Positions 39,320 to 53,304 of a DNA stretch of 64,000 nt are shown one piece after another. The stretch's first letter is position 1. Every line of letters starts with the position of its first letter. Under the pieces are notes generated by a model. The model saw only the letters and a program-made list of their open reading frames with translations. It did not search any database and had not been told where the DNA came from. Origin of the DNA: the human T2T-CHM13v2.0 reference genome, Homo sapiens. Both the position numbers and the translations under genes were made by a program. The stretch lies in the NCBI RefSeq assembly GCF_009914755.1, contig NC_060932.1. One strand, 5' to 3'.

Positions 39320-42300
39320 CCAAAGCAGTGATAAGAGAAAGTTTATAACCCTGAATGCCTTCATCAAAAAGTTAGAAACATCTCAAATTAAAAATCTAAC
39401 TTTGCACCTAGAAGAATTAGAAAAAAAAAGAACAAACTAATCCCAAAGAAAATAAATCATTAAAATGAAATAGAAGAAAATAATTAAATTAGAGAACTTA
39501 AGGAAGTTGAGATGCAAAAATCAATACAAAAAATCAATGAAAGCAAGAGTTTATTCTTTGAAAAATAGACTGCTAGCTAAATTAACAAAAAAAATGAAGG
39601 AGAAGATCCTAACGAGCACAATCAGAAACAACAAATGATATTACAGCTGATCCCACAGATATGCAAAAGATCCTCAGAGACTTATGAATTTATGAACAAC
39701 TCTATGCACACAAATTCGAAAATCTAGAAGGAACAGATAAATTCCTGGAAGCACACAATCTCCCAAGATTGAATCCGGAAGAGATTAAAACCCTGAATAG
39801 ACTAATATCAACTTCTGAAATTGAATCAGTAATAAAGATCCTAACAACAACAACAACAAAAAAGCTCTGGACCAGATAGATTCACAGCTGAATTCTACCA
39901 GGCATACAAAGAACTGATACTGATTGTACTGAAACTATTCCAGAAAATTGAGGAGGAGGGACTATTCCCTAACTCATTCTGTGAAGCCAGCATCAGCCTG
40001 ATACAAAAATCTGGCAAAGACACAATGAAAAAAGAAAACTCCAGGCCAATATTCCTCATGAACATAGATGCAAAACTCCTCAACAAAATATTAGCTAACC
40101 AAATCCAGCAACACATCATAAAGTTAATACACCATAATCAAGCAGTCTTTATTCCTGGGATGCAAGGTTCGTTCAACATACACAAACCAATAAATGTGAT
40201 TCACCACATAAATAGAATTAAAAAGCAAAAAATATATGACCATCTCAATTGACACAGAAAAAGCCTTCAATAAAATTTAACATATTTTATGATGAAAACC
40301 CTCAACAGACTAGGCATCAAAAAATATACCTCAAAATAATAAGAGCCATCTATGACAAATCAGCAAACAGTATCATATTAAATGGGCAAAAGGAGGAAGG
40401 AATCCCCTTGAGAACAGAAACAAGACAAGAATGTCCACTCTAACCACTCCTATTCAACATAGTACTGGAAGTCCTATCCAGAGCAATCAGGCGGGAGAAA
40501 GAAATAAAAGACATTCAAATAAGAAAAAAACAATTAAACTATCTCTTTTTACTGATGATGTGATTCTATACCTAGAAAATTCTAAACACTCTACCAAAAG
40601 GCTCCTAGAATTAATAAACAATTTTAATGATGTTTCAGGTTACAAAATCAATGTACAAAAATCAGTAGCATTTCTATATACCAACAATGTCCAGACTGAG
40701 AATAAAATCAAAAACACAATCCCACTTATCATAGCCACAAAAAGGATGAAATACCTGAAAATTCAGCTAACAAAGGGAGTAAAAGATCTCCACAAGGAGA
40801 ACTGCAAAATGCTGCTCAAAGAAATCAGAGATGACACAAATAAATGGAAAACCGTTCCATGATCATGAATTGGAAGAATCAATATTGTAAAAATGGCCAT
40901 ACTGCCCAAAGCAATTTACAGATTCAGTGCTATTCCCATCAAATACCAACATCATTCTTCACAGAGCTAGAAAAAACTATTCTAAACTCTGGTTTCTATA
41001 TAAAACCAAAAAAGACCCTAGCCAAGGCGATCCTAAGCAAAAAGAACAAAGCCAGAGGCACCACATTACCCAACATTTAAACTATACTACAGGGCTATAG
41101 TAACCCAAAGAGCATGCTACTGGTACAAAAATAAACACATAGACCAATGGAACAGAACAGAGAGCCCAGATATAAGGCTGCACACCTACAACTATCTTAT
41201 CTTTGACAAAGCTGACAAAAACAAGCAATTCAGAAAGGACTCACTCTTTAGTAAATGGTGCTGGGATAACTAGCTAGCCATATGCAGAAGATTGAAGCTG
41301 GAACCTCACCTTTTACCATATACAAAATGGATCAAAGATTTAAATGTAAAACCTCAAACTATAGAAATTCTAGAAGACAACTTGGAAAATACTCCTCTTG
41401 ACATCAGCCTTGGCAAAGAATTTTTGACTAAGTTCCCAAAATCAATTGCAACAAAAACAAAAATAGACAAGTGGGACCTAATTAAACTAAAGAATTTCTG
41501 TACAGCAAAAGAAACTATTAATAGAGTAAATACATAACCTACAGGGTAGGAGAAGATATTCAGAAACTATGCATCCAACAAAGGACTAATATCCAGAATC
41601 TATAGGAAACTTAAACAAATCAACAAGCAAAAAACAACCCCATTAAAACATAGGCAAAGGACATGAATAGACAGTTCTCAAAAGAAGACATACAAGCAGC
41701 CAACAAACATGAAAAAAATTCTCAACATCATTAATTGAAGAAATGCAAATCAAAACCACAATAAAATACCATCTCTCACCAGTCAGAATGGCTATTACTA
41801 AAAAGTCAAAAAATAACAGGTGCTGGTGAGGCTGTGGAGAAAAGTGAATGGTTATACACTTTTGGTGGGAATGTAGATTAGTCCAGCCACTGTGGAAGGC
41901 AGTCTGGAGATTTCCCAAAGAACTTGAAACAGAGCTGCCATTTGATCCAGCAATTGCATTACTGCGTATACACCCAAAGAAAAATAAATTATTCTACCAA
42001 AAAGACACATGCACTTTTATGTTTATCCCTGTGCTAATCACAATAGCAAAGACGTGGAATCCACCCAGGTGGCCATCAATGGTAGAGTGGATGAAGAAAA
42101 TGTGGTCCATACACACACAGTGGAATACTATGCTGTCATAAAAAAAGAATGAAATCATGTTCTTTGCAGCAACATGGATGCAGTTGGAGGCCATAAACCT
42201 AAGCAAATTAACGTAGGAACAGAAAACCAAATATCACATGTTCTCACTTATAAGTGGGAGGTAAATATTGAGCATACATAGACATAAATATGGGAATAAT

Positions 42301-42490
42301 AAATAGTGTAGACACTAGAAGGGGTAGGGAAGGAGGGAGCATGGGTTGAAAAACTACCTTGTGGTTACCATGCTCACTACCTGGGTGATGGAATCTGTAC
42401 CCCAAACCTCAGCCTCATGCAATATTCCCATGTAACAAACCTGCACATGTATCCCCTGTATCTAAAATAAAAGTTGAAATTAAAAATAAA
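39320..42490 (+). mobile_element. Old primate L1 (L1PA13-16-like), ORF2 pseudogene + 3'UTR + A tail
   Basis: [54 protein letters not shown]. 3' end GTAACAAACCTGCACATGTATCCCCTGTATCTAAAATAAAAG. Confidence 0.95.
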
Positions 42491-43171
42491 TGTTAACTAA
42501 TATTTATTGAAGGCACACTGTTTTATTTATTGAGAGTATACTAGTATTTATTAAGGGCCCTGTGTCAGGCTATATATATATATATATATTTTTTTTCCCC
42601 CCAACGCCTCTGAGTCAGGTAATATTAGTTTCCTCATTTTACAGATGACAAAAATAAGTCATAGTACCTTGCCCAAGGTCTGACAGCTAGCAAACGGGAG
42701 AGCTGGATTCTGAACACAGGCAGGCTCCAGAACTTAAAACTACTATGCAATATTGCATAGTAGTTGCAGAACTTAAATAATAGTACTATTGCATAGTGTT
42801 ATGCAATAATTCATAGTATAATGCAGAACTGAAAAATGCTGTCACAATATCACTATGTTGTGCTAGTCATTGCACATTCTCATCTCTTCTTCTGGCTGTA
42901 AGCTTCTGAATAGGTGGGAATGAGTTGCATTGTATCTCCTGTCTTTGGTACAGTGTCCTATTCATGATAGAAAACATGCTTAAAAGAACTAGAAAGACAG
43001 GGAGGAATGGGATGACACCTGCATTTTGGCAGATGTTTTAAAAATTCTGGAAACCGAAGGAGCAGTTGGCCAGTCACAGGCTGTGTGTGCACATGTGCTT
43101 GACCACTCTCTCTATTCCCCTCTAGTCAGAACTTAAACATCTTTTCATGGAGCTCTGCTGTGGAAAGCCTA

Positions 43172-43705
<534 letters not shown>

Positions 43706-44408
43706 TCATCAACTTTTACATTCTGATGTCCCCATTTCAGAGAGATTTCTTTGAAACAGAGCCAGCCCTTCCAGTAAGCATATATAACAGAATGGTGATT
43801 TCAGAGAGTGGAGCCTGGTGGAAACAAAACCCAGACATGTAAAATTTGACACCTTAACCGACATAAGTGCCCACATTCCCTGCGTTTTCCCACTCTCTGC
43901 CTCACCCCACCTTCAACATGCCCATAATTTTATTCTGAGGAAAACCACAACCAGCACTTACCACCAGAGTCCAAATTCCCTGGCAGCAGCCTTGCTTTTA
44001 AAAGGGAGACATAAAAAAAATTGTCAAGACCTATGGGGCTTCCTAACACATTAAAAAGGCCCTCAAAAACTGTGTTACACCAAGCATAATATTATCTTTT
44101 TCTTTAAGAGATTTCTTAATTGGTTCCATGCAAAAGGTTTGTAGGTAATGGGTTTTAAATAAATAATAATGTTCCACCACCCTGACTGGCCAAGAAAGTA
44201 AATGCCTTTTTCCCTGACTTGGGTAAGCACTGGGATGGAAAAAAGGCCTGTGTGAAAATTTTGGCCTCACCGTAAAAAGGCAAGACCTCAATCTGGGGAC
44301 TCAGATGTAATCAACCATGGTTTAGTTTCAGTAATTTGGTTGCAACAATTATTTGGCAAGCATAGTGCTAGGTATTGGTGGGACGGAGATGACAGACTGT
44401 ATAACTGA

Positions 44409-44749
<341 letters not shown>

Positions 44750-45567
44750 ATTAAGTTAAATTTATTAATAATTAACAAATATGTTAATTAATATTGAATA
44801 AAGGAATTTTATTTGGGCTTCAGTCTTTCTGGGCTCCTCACAGTTACAGAAATACAGCATACCCTTCTGGTTCTCAAGGAGTTTCCAATGCAGATCTCTG
44901 ATCTGGAGTGCCTCTCTTCCTTTTTGCCCTGAAGGTAGTCAGTGAGGCTCATCAGAAATTTTCTGATTCTCTTCCTTCCAGATACCTCCTTATGCTTTTG
45001 AACTCAATTGTTGCCATGGGCTTGATTTGGCCAGTGAAATGTAAGTGAAAGCAATGTTTGTCTCTTCAGGTAGAAGCTGAGAGCCAGTGCTTACTGTTGT
45101 TTCATTCTCTCTCTTCCTCTTGTCACTTTCCAAATGGTAGCGGCCCTATCAGCCTGGGTCCTGGCATGAAGAAACACAAAGTAACACTCTCCCAAATTAC
45201 CCATAACAGACATGGAATACGGAAGAAATAAATCTTATTATGATCTCAAGTTCTGAGAGCTGTTTGTTACACAGCGTAGCATAACCTAGACTAACTGATT
45301 TTTACCTCATCTACCCATTTACCATTTACCTAACTCTAATCATCCTTCAGCTCTCTGCTTCATGGTTACTTCACAAGAGCTTCATAAGATGCCAAAAAGT
45401 TCATTTCAATAGTTTCCAAAGCTTCCTCAATATAATGCTTATCATGATATTAAGATTGTTAGTTAATTTATTTATAGCCCATGATTGGTTATGAGCTCCT
45501 TGAGAGAAGAGTCTAAGCCTCATACACAATCTTATCTTTAGTCTATAATGTAGTGCCTGATATAAAG

Positions 45568-47450
45568 TGCTATGGTTTGAATGTATGTGCCCCTCCAAAA
45601 TTCATTTTGAAACTTACACAACACTAGTAAAAGGTGAGGCCTTTTGAGTGTGATTAGGCCATGAGGACTCTGCCCTTATAGATGAGATTAGCAACCTTAT
45701 AAAAAGACCAGAGGGAACTAGCTAGGCCCTTCTGTCCTACCTCTTCTCTTATGTGAGTACACAGAGTTCATCCTTTTTTGTCCCCTTCCACTGCAATGAG
45801 GGCACAGTAAGAAAGCTCTGTCTTGGAAGGAAAGAGTAGCTTTCACCAGACACAGAATACACAGAATATACTGGTGCTCTAATCTTGGACTTCCCAGACC
45901 GTATAACTGTGGACAATAAATGTGTACTGTTTATAAATTATCCAGTCTCTGATATTTTATTATAGCAGCACAGATAACTAAGACAGAAATTGGTACCAAG
46001 AAGTGGGGTGTTCCTATAACAAATACCTGAAAAATGTGGAAGTGGCTTGAAATTGGGTAATGTGTAGAGACTGGAAGAGTTTGCAGAATCAGACTAAAGA
46101 AATAGCCTGTATTTTCATTAACAGAGTATTAAAGTAATTCTGGTGAGGGCTCAAATGAAAACAGCTGCAGAGAGAACCTAAATTATCCTAGAGACTAAGT
46201 GGTTGTAAACACAGTATTCATGGAGATACAGACAGTGAAGGCCATCTTGATGAGGTCTTAGGTGGAAATGAAGAACAAGGCATTGGAAACCGGAGGAAAC
46301 GTCATCTTTGTTATAAGTTGGCAGAGAACTTGGCAAATGGTGCCCATGTTCTAATGTTTTGTGAAAGGCAGAAGTTATAAGTGATATACTGGGATATTTG
46401 GCAGAAGAAATCTGTAAACAAAGTGTTGAGAGTGCTGCATGACTGTTTATAGGAAAAGACGAGAAGGGAGAAACAACTTAAAGACACAGCTTATAATCAA
46501 AAGGGAAGCAGAACTTAAAGCGTTGGACAATTCTCAGCCCAGCCATGTAAAGAATGGAAAGGTACTGTTTTGGAGAGAATAATCCTAAGGGTGAGGCCAA
46601 GTGACTCTTTGACAAATAAATTAGCATACCTAGAAGGAAGCCAGATGCTATTCCATTAAGACAATGGAAGAATGACACCAAAGTCATTTCAAAGATCTTG
46701 GAAGCCGCCACTCTCATAACAGGCTCAGAGTGCCAGGGCCCTGAAGGCAGAACAATTTCATAGGTGGTACCTTGAGGCTTCATCACCCAGGACTGCCTCA
46801 GGCTTCTGCTCCACTCATTCTGGCCCAACACTCTTTGTCTGTTGCAGCTGTAGATCCTCAAGTGCACCCAGGTGTGGTTCAAAGCGCTAGTCCGGAGAGC
46901 ATGAGGTAAACCCTGGCAGCATCCATGTGGTGCTAACTGAGCAAATGCTCAGAGTGCGTGAGCTAAGCAGGCATGGCTACCTCCTCCTCGATTTAAAAGG
47001 ATGCTTATGAGAGCCTTGGGGCGTAGGCAGAGAACTGTCACAGTGGCAGGGCTACCACAGATAGCCCCTACTAGGGCAATGCTTAGTGGGGGCAGGGCCA
47101 CTCCTGAGACCCCCCAGCCTGTGCAGCCACCAGCATGCAATGCCAGCCTGCAAGAATAACAGGTATGTGACTCCAACCTGTGAAAGCTGCAGCATAAGCC
47201 GCGCCTAGCAAAGCCACGGGGATGAGGCTGCCCAGAGTCTTGTGGGGACCAACCCATATACCAGTGTGTCAAGTAGTCAGGAATGGAGTCAAATAAAATT
47301 ATTTTCAGTCCTCCATATTTGAGTGTTATTTGCCTTGTTGGGTTTCGAATGGGAGTGAGACCTATTACTCCTTTCTTCTTTCCTATTTTTTTCCCCTTTG
47401 GAATGGGAATATCCATCCTATGCCTGTCCCACCACTGCATTTGAAGCACA
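45568..47450 (+). mobile_element. MaLR (MST/MLT1A-like) 5' LTR (to about 45985) plus internal sequence, no 3' LTR seen
   Basis: TGCTATGGTTTGAATG...ACTAAGACA followed by GAAATTGGTACCAAGAAGTGGGGTG internal start. Confidence 0.8.
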
Positions 47451-48129
47451 TAATAAAATGTATTCATTCTATCCCAATAATTCCAAAAATCTTAATTAAT
47501 CCAACATCAACTTTAACTTATAAATCTAGAGTATCATCTAAGTATCATCTAAATCAGATATGGGGGAATTCTTCTCCAGCAGTCTGCAAAATCTGACAAG
47601 ATATAGATATCTATATGTCCACATACGTAACTATAACTATCTGTTGAATTCATTCTCTAACCACTTCTATCAAGTCACTGTGCTAAAACTTCTTACTTAA
47701 TGCTCATTAGTGTTACACACACACACACAAAGACACACACACACAAAGACACACACACTTGCTGCTAGATTTTACTCTCTTGGTGGATTTTACTCTCTTG
47801 CTGCTAGATAAGGGGTACCTAATGCAAGATGTACCTATCTTAGAGTTTGCACATCATCTGCATTATTGAACGTAAAGTAAAAGCCAAATGAGGGAAAAGA
47901 GACGTTGACTGTTTCATGATCATTGTCTTACCTGAAACAATTAGGAAGTCACCGTTCAGCTTTGCAGGCTATGTAATTGTCATATATCATGAATGGCTGA
48001 TAAGGGGTTGAATCTGTGAGGTTTTCCCATAGAGGAAAGGGAAATACTGATTCTCACTTTAGCCAACAGCAGTTGTCTCTAACTCACCCAAACTGCTGAG
48101 AAGAACTTAAGAACTATTTTACTGTGCTC

Positions 48130-48428
48130 TTTTTCTTATTTATTTATTTAGAGACAGAGTCACATTCTGTCACCCAGGCTGGAGTGCAGTGGCGATCTCG
48201 CCTCACTGCAACCTCTGCCTCCTGGGTTCAGGTGATTCTCCTGTCTCAGCCTCCCTAATAGCTGGGATTACAAGCATGCACCACCATGCCCAGCTAATTT
48301 TTGTATTTTTAGAAGATATGAGGTTTTGTCATGTCGGCCAGGCTGCTCTCAAACTCCTGGTCTCGTGATCCACCTTCCTCAGCCTCCCAAAGTGCTGGAA
48401 TCACAGGCATGAGCCACCGCACCCAGCC
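48130..48428 (-). mobile_element. AluS
   Basis: Full Alu with TSD TTAAGA(A/G)CTATTTT. Confidence 0.93.
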
Positions 48429-49802
48429 TTTAAGAGCTATTTTATTTCCAATGCAGAATGGAACCTCAACACCATCATGGATGAGTTCCAGATTCATAAG
48501 ACTTTAGGCCTACAGCGGACATCAGACACAATCTAACTGAGCTCCTTCACTGTAGAGATGTGGGAAAGGAGGCCCAAGATAGGAAAGAGACTTGCCCAAG
48601 GCCACACATCTGGTTAATGGAGAACAAGAGACAATACTCATTTCTCCCAACCACCATGCCAGTGGGAGTTCCAGGTCCACCCTGCCTGAGAGCTTCATGA
48701 CCACCTCCAAGATGGCCCAACGCTGCCCTTCAAAAGGGGTCAGTACCTGGGCAATCTGATGGTGAATTCATTAGAGGTGAAATAAATGCTTATAAAAGGG
48801 AAAATGGAGACTTGTAATTCTACCTCTTGATTCTAAGAAATCCTTTCATTGGGTCTAGAGTGTTCATAAATCTCTATAATTTGAAAATTGAACAGCACAG
48901 TTTTCTATGAACAAGTGCAAAAACGGGGTCAGAAGTCAGGAAAATTGTAAAGATGGGATGTGACATTGCTGCTTCCCCAATCTTTACCTACAAAACCTCT
49001 CCTTGCTCTCTTCCATTCTATCAAATCCTAGTCTCAGACTATTCATTTACACTAAGATGTAAATGACTGACAGCAAAGTGGCCACTTTCAGGGGCATTTG
49101 GAGACAAAGGGATGACATTGCGATTATTGACCTATCACACTGGGGATATCAGAGCCAGAGAGAAGACGTGGAGTCTGAAAAGAAAAGCTGTTCCCACAAC
49201 AAAGAATTATCCAGCCCTAAATATCCATAGTGCAGAGGTTGAGATATCCTGCTCTGGGTTACAGAAAGTTGCATAAATTCCTAGCATGAATCATCAGGTG
49301 GGCACCTTGAGAGCAATCTGCCATCTCCACAACTTTGTACCTTTGCCTTTTTTTCCAAAAAGAAAGGGTCTAACCAAACCATGCTTATGACCAGCCTCAG
49401 CCTCCCATCAACTGGCACCATTGGCATCCTGGCCCTTGTGTGTCTGCACAGTGCCTGCTACACACTTTCATTAAGTAACTCTCAACCTTACAATAATTCA
49501 GGGAAAGGAGACAGTATTGTTATTCATACCCCACATACAAAGAAACAAAGAAGGAGGCAATTTACCAGGTTTTCACAGGGAGGAAGAGGAAGGGTCAGAA
49601 TTCCAATCCAGACTGATCCTAGCTCCAGAAACTAAACTATCACACTATCACACTTCAGACAGGAGTGCAGATTATCAAACACTAACTATTTTAAGAAATG
49701 TTCAGGGGCGGAGCAAGAGCACAGGTGCCATCCAGTGCTGTTTGTGGAGAGGAGGTATTCGGAGGCCACAACGTAGGGCAAGGCATTTCTTCCTAGGCTG
49801 GG

Positions 49803-50272
49803 TATGATAGGTAGAATAATGGCTCCCCCAAAGATGTCCACATCTTAACCCCTGTAACCTGTGACTATTACCTTACACCATGAAAGTGACTTTGCAGATG
49901 TGATTGAATTAAGTGCCCTGAGTTGGGGAGATTTTCCTGGAAGAATCAGGAGGGCTGCATGGAATCACAAGGGCCCTTATAAGAGGGAGGCAGGAGAGTC
50001 AGAGTCAGAGGAGGTGTGAGGATGGAAGCAGAATTTGTAGGGGTATGGGCGAGAAGCCAAGGAATGCAGATGGCCTCTAGAAGCCGGAGAAGCAAAATGG
50101 ATTCTCTCCCAGAGTCTCACAAGGAGTGCAGTCCTGTGAACACCTTGATCTTAGCCCAGTGAAGCTGATTTCCAGCTTCAGACCTCCAGGACTTTAATGA
50201 TAATAAATTTGTGTTGTTTTCAGCCACCAAGTGTGCAATAATTTGTTATGGAAATCACAGGAAGCTAATATA
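49803..50272 (+). mobile_element. MLT1C/D-like solo LTR
   Basis: AGAATAATGGCTCCCCCAAAGATGTCCACATC...GACTTTGCAGATGTGATT...ATAAATTTGTGTTGTTTT. Confidence 0.8.
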
Positions 50273-50410
50273 TGAGGATTGCTACATAAAGTATAGAACA
50301 CACAGTCCAACTTGAACTTCAGATAAACATCAAATAATTTTCTAGTATGAGCATGCTCCATGCAATATTCATGTGTCCTGTATTTTCATTTGCTAAAACT
50401 GGTAGCCCTA
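50273..50410. mobile_element. MER53-like palindromic DNA element (internally shortened)
   Basis: TTGAACTTCAGATAAACATCAAATAATTT...TGTGTCCTGTATTTT...CTGGTAGCCCTA. Confidence 0.6.
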
Positions 50411-50847
50411 ACCGGCTTCCCCCTCCCACTCAGCCCCTGCATCCCCAAAGCCCTTTCCCAGGTCTGCTCTGTTACAGTGGTATCATTATACCTGCTATTC
50501 TGGGGTTAGTCTATGACTCAACCGAGTGAAACTGTTAAGGCCTCAGATAAATAGCTCTGAGGGAAAGTTATTATTCTATATCATTGCCTATCAATTATTT
50601 ATAGTTTATAATGCAATGCCATTTGTAATGGGTAATATGTTTTTCTATTGTGTTGTAATATCATCCAACTCATCAGAACAACCATTGGGGAGATGGATTG
50701 GCTTGATGTAAATAGCAGTGCCTAGTAACAAGCTGTGTGCATTTTTAAACCTGGAAATCACTGCTCTTTCAGATAAGAGGAAACTCTTCTTTGAATTCAA
50801 AGAGAAGGGTCCAAGCCACCTTTTCTGACAAGTTGATTTCCTGAGAA

Positions 50848-51010
50848 GCAGGGCAGGAACTAGGGCAAGGCAAATGTGTTCAGGGTACAAAATGTAAGGA
50901 GGCTCTCCATTTCAGGTGCCGACCCTGCACTTGCAGAACGTGAAAATGAGTGCTGCTTTAAATCTTGCACCCTGGGAGACTCACTTGCTTCACTCTAGTA
51001 TCGACTCTGC
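50848..51010. mobile_element. MER91-like hAT element
   Basis: CAGGGCAGGAACTAGGGCAAGGCAA...GCCGACCCTGCACTTGCA...CACTTGCTTCACTCTAG. Confidence 0.5.
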
Positions 51011-51741
51011 TAAGAAAACTCACATGAAGCCATCAACAAACGCCAAAGCTAACCTAGCCTCTTTACATGGCTTATGGGAAACTGAGGCCCAAAAAAATGT
51101 GGACCAGCCAAGATTCAATTTGCTTAGTGACTAGTGGACCTAATGGTTGCTACTGCAGCATCAGCTGCTTCTGCCAACACCTACCTACTGAGTTTCAGCC
51201 AGAGGCTTGAGGTTCGCACTGCCCTCCCAGCCCTGGGACAAGGCCCTGTCTCAACTGGATTAAGCAAATCAGTATAACTTCGTATCCCTGATCCCAGTGA
51301 TTGAACACTTAACTCAGTCCTAAGCCAGTAAATAGGTTGTATGTCCCTGGCCACAGTTGTTAGCTCCAGGATATACATGTGGGGCAGGGTGAAGCTCATG
51401 ACTTTGATTCACGGAGAGAGAAAATGATTCCTCTTTCCTTTGGAGGGTGTGGAATACAAATAGAAAGTCTGGAACTGCTGCAACCATTTATTACCATGAG
51501 AAAAGCCAGAATGGGAATGAAAGCAATCATATATAGAAGGGAAAAGGTGAGAGAATCATAAAGGGAAACCAGATTCTTCACCGACTCCCATCTAAAGGAC
51601 CCACTACCTCTGGACTATTCTGTTATATGCACCAATAAATTCAGATTAATATTTAATCCAGTTTGAGTTAAAATATTCTGTTACTTGTACAAAAGAGGTT
51701 CCTAACTGGACAATGACCTTAGAAAAGCCAAGTTCTACAGC

Positions 51742-51950
51742 TACATTGCCCCATAGAACTTTCTGCATTGATGCAACTGTTCTATATCTGTGCTGTTCGA
51801 TACAGTAAGCCACTACCTGCGTGTGGCTATTGAACATTTGAAATGTGGCTAATGTGACTGAGAAATGGACTTTTAAATTTTGTTAATACTAATTCCTTTC
51901 AATTTAAACAGCCACACAGACCAGTGGTTACCATATTGGTCCATGCAGCC
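51742..51950 (+). mobile_element. MER3
   Basis: ATAGAACTTTCTGCATTGATG...TTGAAATGTGGCTAATGTGACTGAG. Confidence 0.75.
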
Positions 51951-52477
51951 CTACAAGCTTCTTTTCCTTCATTTCATTTGTTGCCTCCTCCAGAAACCAG
52001 CTCCAGATCCTTTCTTTCCTCCAGAGTTGGTTAGGCTGATCTTTTCTGTGATCCTATAGCAACTGAGCATTCCTCTAAAATTGTGATTGCCTCTCTTAGA
52101 ATAATATCTTTTACCGTGTGTATCTCCCACCTTTGGTTGAGGTTTTAAAAGGCAAGGCCCATTCCTGTGTCCAAGCACTGAGCAGAAGCATTGCCATGGT
52201 GACTTTTGAATTGGATGAGATAATCTGTGGCCCAAATGTGTACCAGATGTTGAAAGGCTTTGTAGCTTTTAAGAATGTAAGACAATATAAAAATGTTTGC
52301 TATCATTATTAGTTATTGTTACTATTTCTGATTGTTAACCTTGATCCACTTCTCAATTTTCTACAGGAGTCTCAGTCACTGCCCTCGAATGACTAGAAAT
52401 TTGCCCAGCCTTGTGACATCTGTGACCATCAGTGTCAGGCTCACTGGCTTCTTACCCCTCTGCTGCCTTGACTTTCT

Positions 52478-52760
52478 TTTTCTTTTCTTTCTTTTTTTTT
52501 TTTTTCCTTGAGACGGAGTCTCGCTCTGTCACCAGGCTGGAGTGCAGTGGCGTGATCTTGGCTCACTGCAACTTCCGACTCCCCTGTTCCCTGCTTTAAG
52601 CAATTCTCCTGCCTCAGCCTCCTGAGTAGCTGGGACTACAGGCACACACCACCACGCCCAGCTAATTTTTGTATTTTTAACAGGCACAGAGTTTCACCAT
52701 GATGGCCAGGATGGTCTTGATCTCCTGACCTCGTGATCCGCCCACCGCGGCCTCCCAAAA
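52478..52760 (-). mobile_element. AluSc-like, slightly 5'-truncated
   Basis: TSD CTGCCTTGACTTTCT at 52463-52477 and 52761-52775. Confidence 0.92.
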
Positions 52761-52937
52761 CTGCCTTGACTTTCTAGCTCAAATGTCCTATTTCCCTAAT
52801 TATCTGGCTTGGTCCTCTTAGTCTGCCACCTACACACTTGTGGGTGAGAGAGGAGGAGCTGGAAGACAATGCAGAGCTGCAGTTAAGGCCATTGCAATTG
52901 CCAGGGTGTGCTATGTGGCTTCGACATGCTTAGAAGC

Positions 52938-53304
52938 CAGTATGGTTTGGCTGTGTCCCCACCCAACTCTCATCTTGAATTGTAGTTCTCATAATTCCCA
53001 CATGTTGTGGGAGGGACCCAGTAAGAGATAATTGAATTTTGAGGCCAGTTTCCCCTATACTGTTTTCATGGTAATGAATAAGTCTCATGAGATCTGCTAT
53101 TTTTATAAGGAGTTCCCCCTTTCACTTGGCTCTTATTCTCTCTTGCCCGCTGCCATGTAAGACATGCCTTTCACCTTCCACCATGACTGTGATGCCTCCC
53201 CAGCTCCCATGTGGAACTGTGAGTCCATTAAACCTCTTTTTCTTTTTATAAATTACCCAGTCTCGGCTTTGTCTTTATTAGCAGCATGAGAACAGGCTAA
53301 TACA
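52938..53304 (+). mobile_element. THE1 (C/D-like) solo LTR
   Basis: TATGGTTTGGCTGTGTCCCCACCCAA...TCTTTATTAGCAGCATGAGAACAGGCTAATACA. Confidence 0.9.

Noticed and set aside
39077-42230. Active L1 ORF2
   Set aside because: Fragmented, 5'-truncated and inverted, and LFADD is changed to LFTDD.
44750-45100. Terminal exon of a short CASC8 isoform
   Set aside because: Expected near here from recall and minus-strand AATAAA motifs exist, but I could not identify a convincing acceptor.
46478-47467. 134-aa and 172-aa minus-strand ORFs
   Set aside because: Antisense to MaLR internal sequence, with no domain evidence.
50273-50410. miR-1302-like hairpin from MER53
   Set aside because: The element is shortened and its arms are diverged, so a pre-miRNA cannot be supported.
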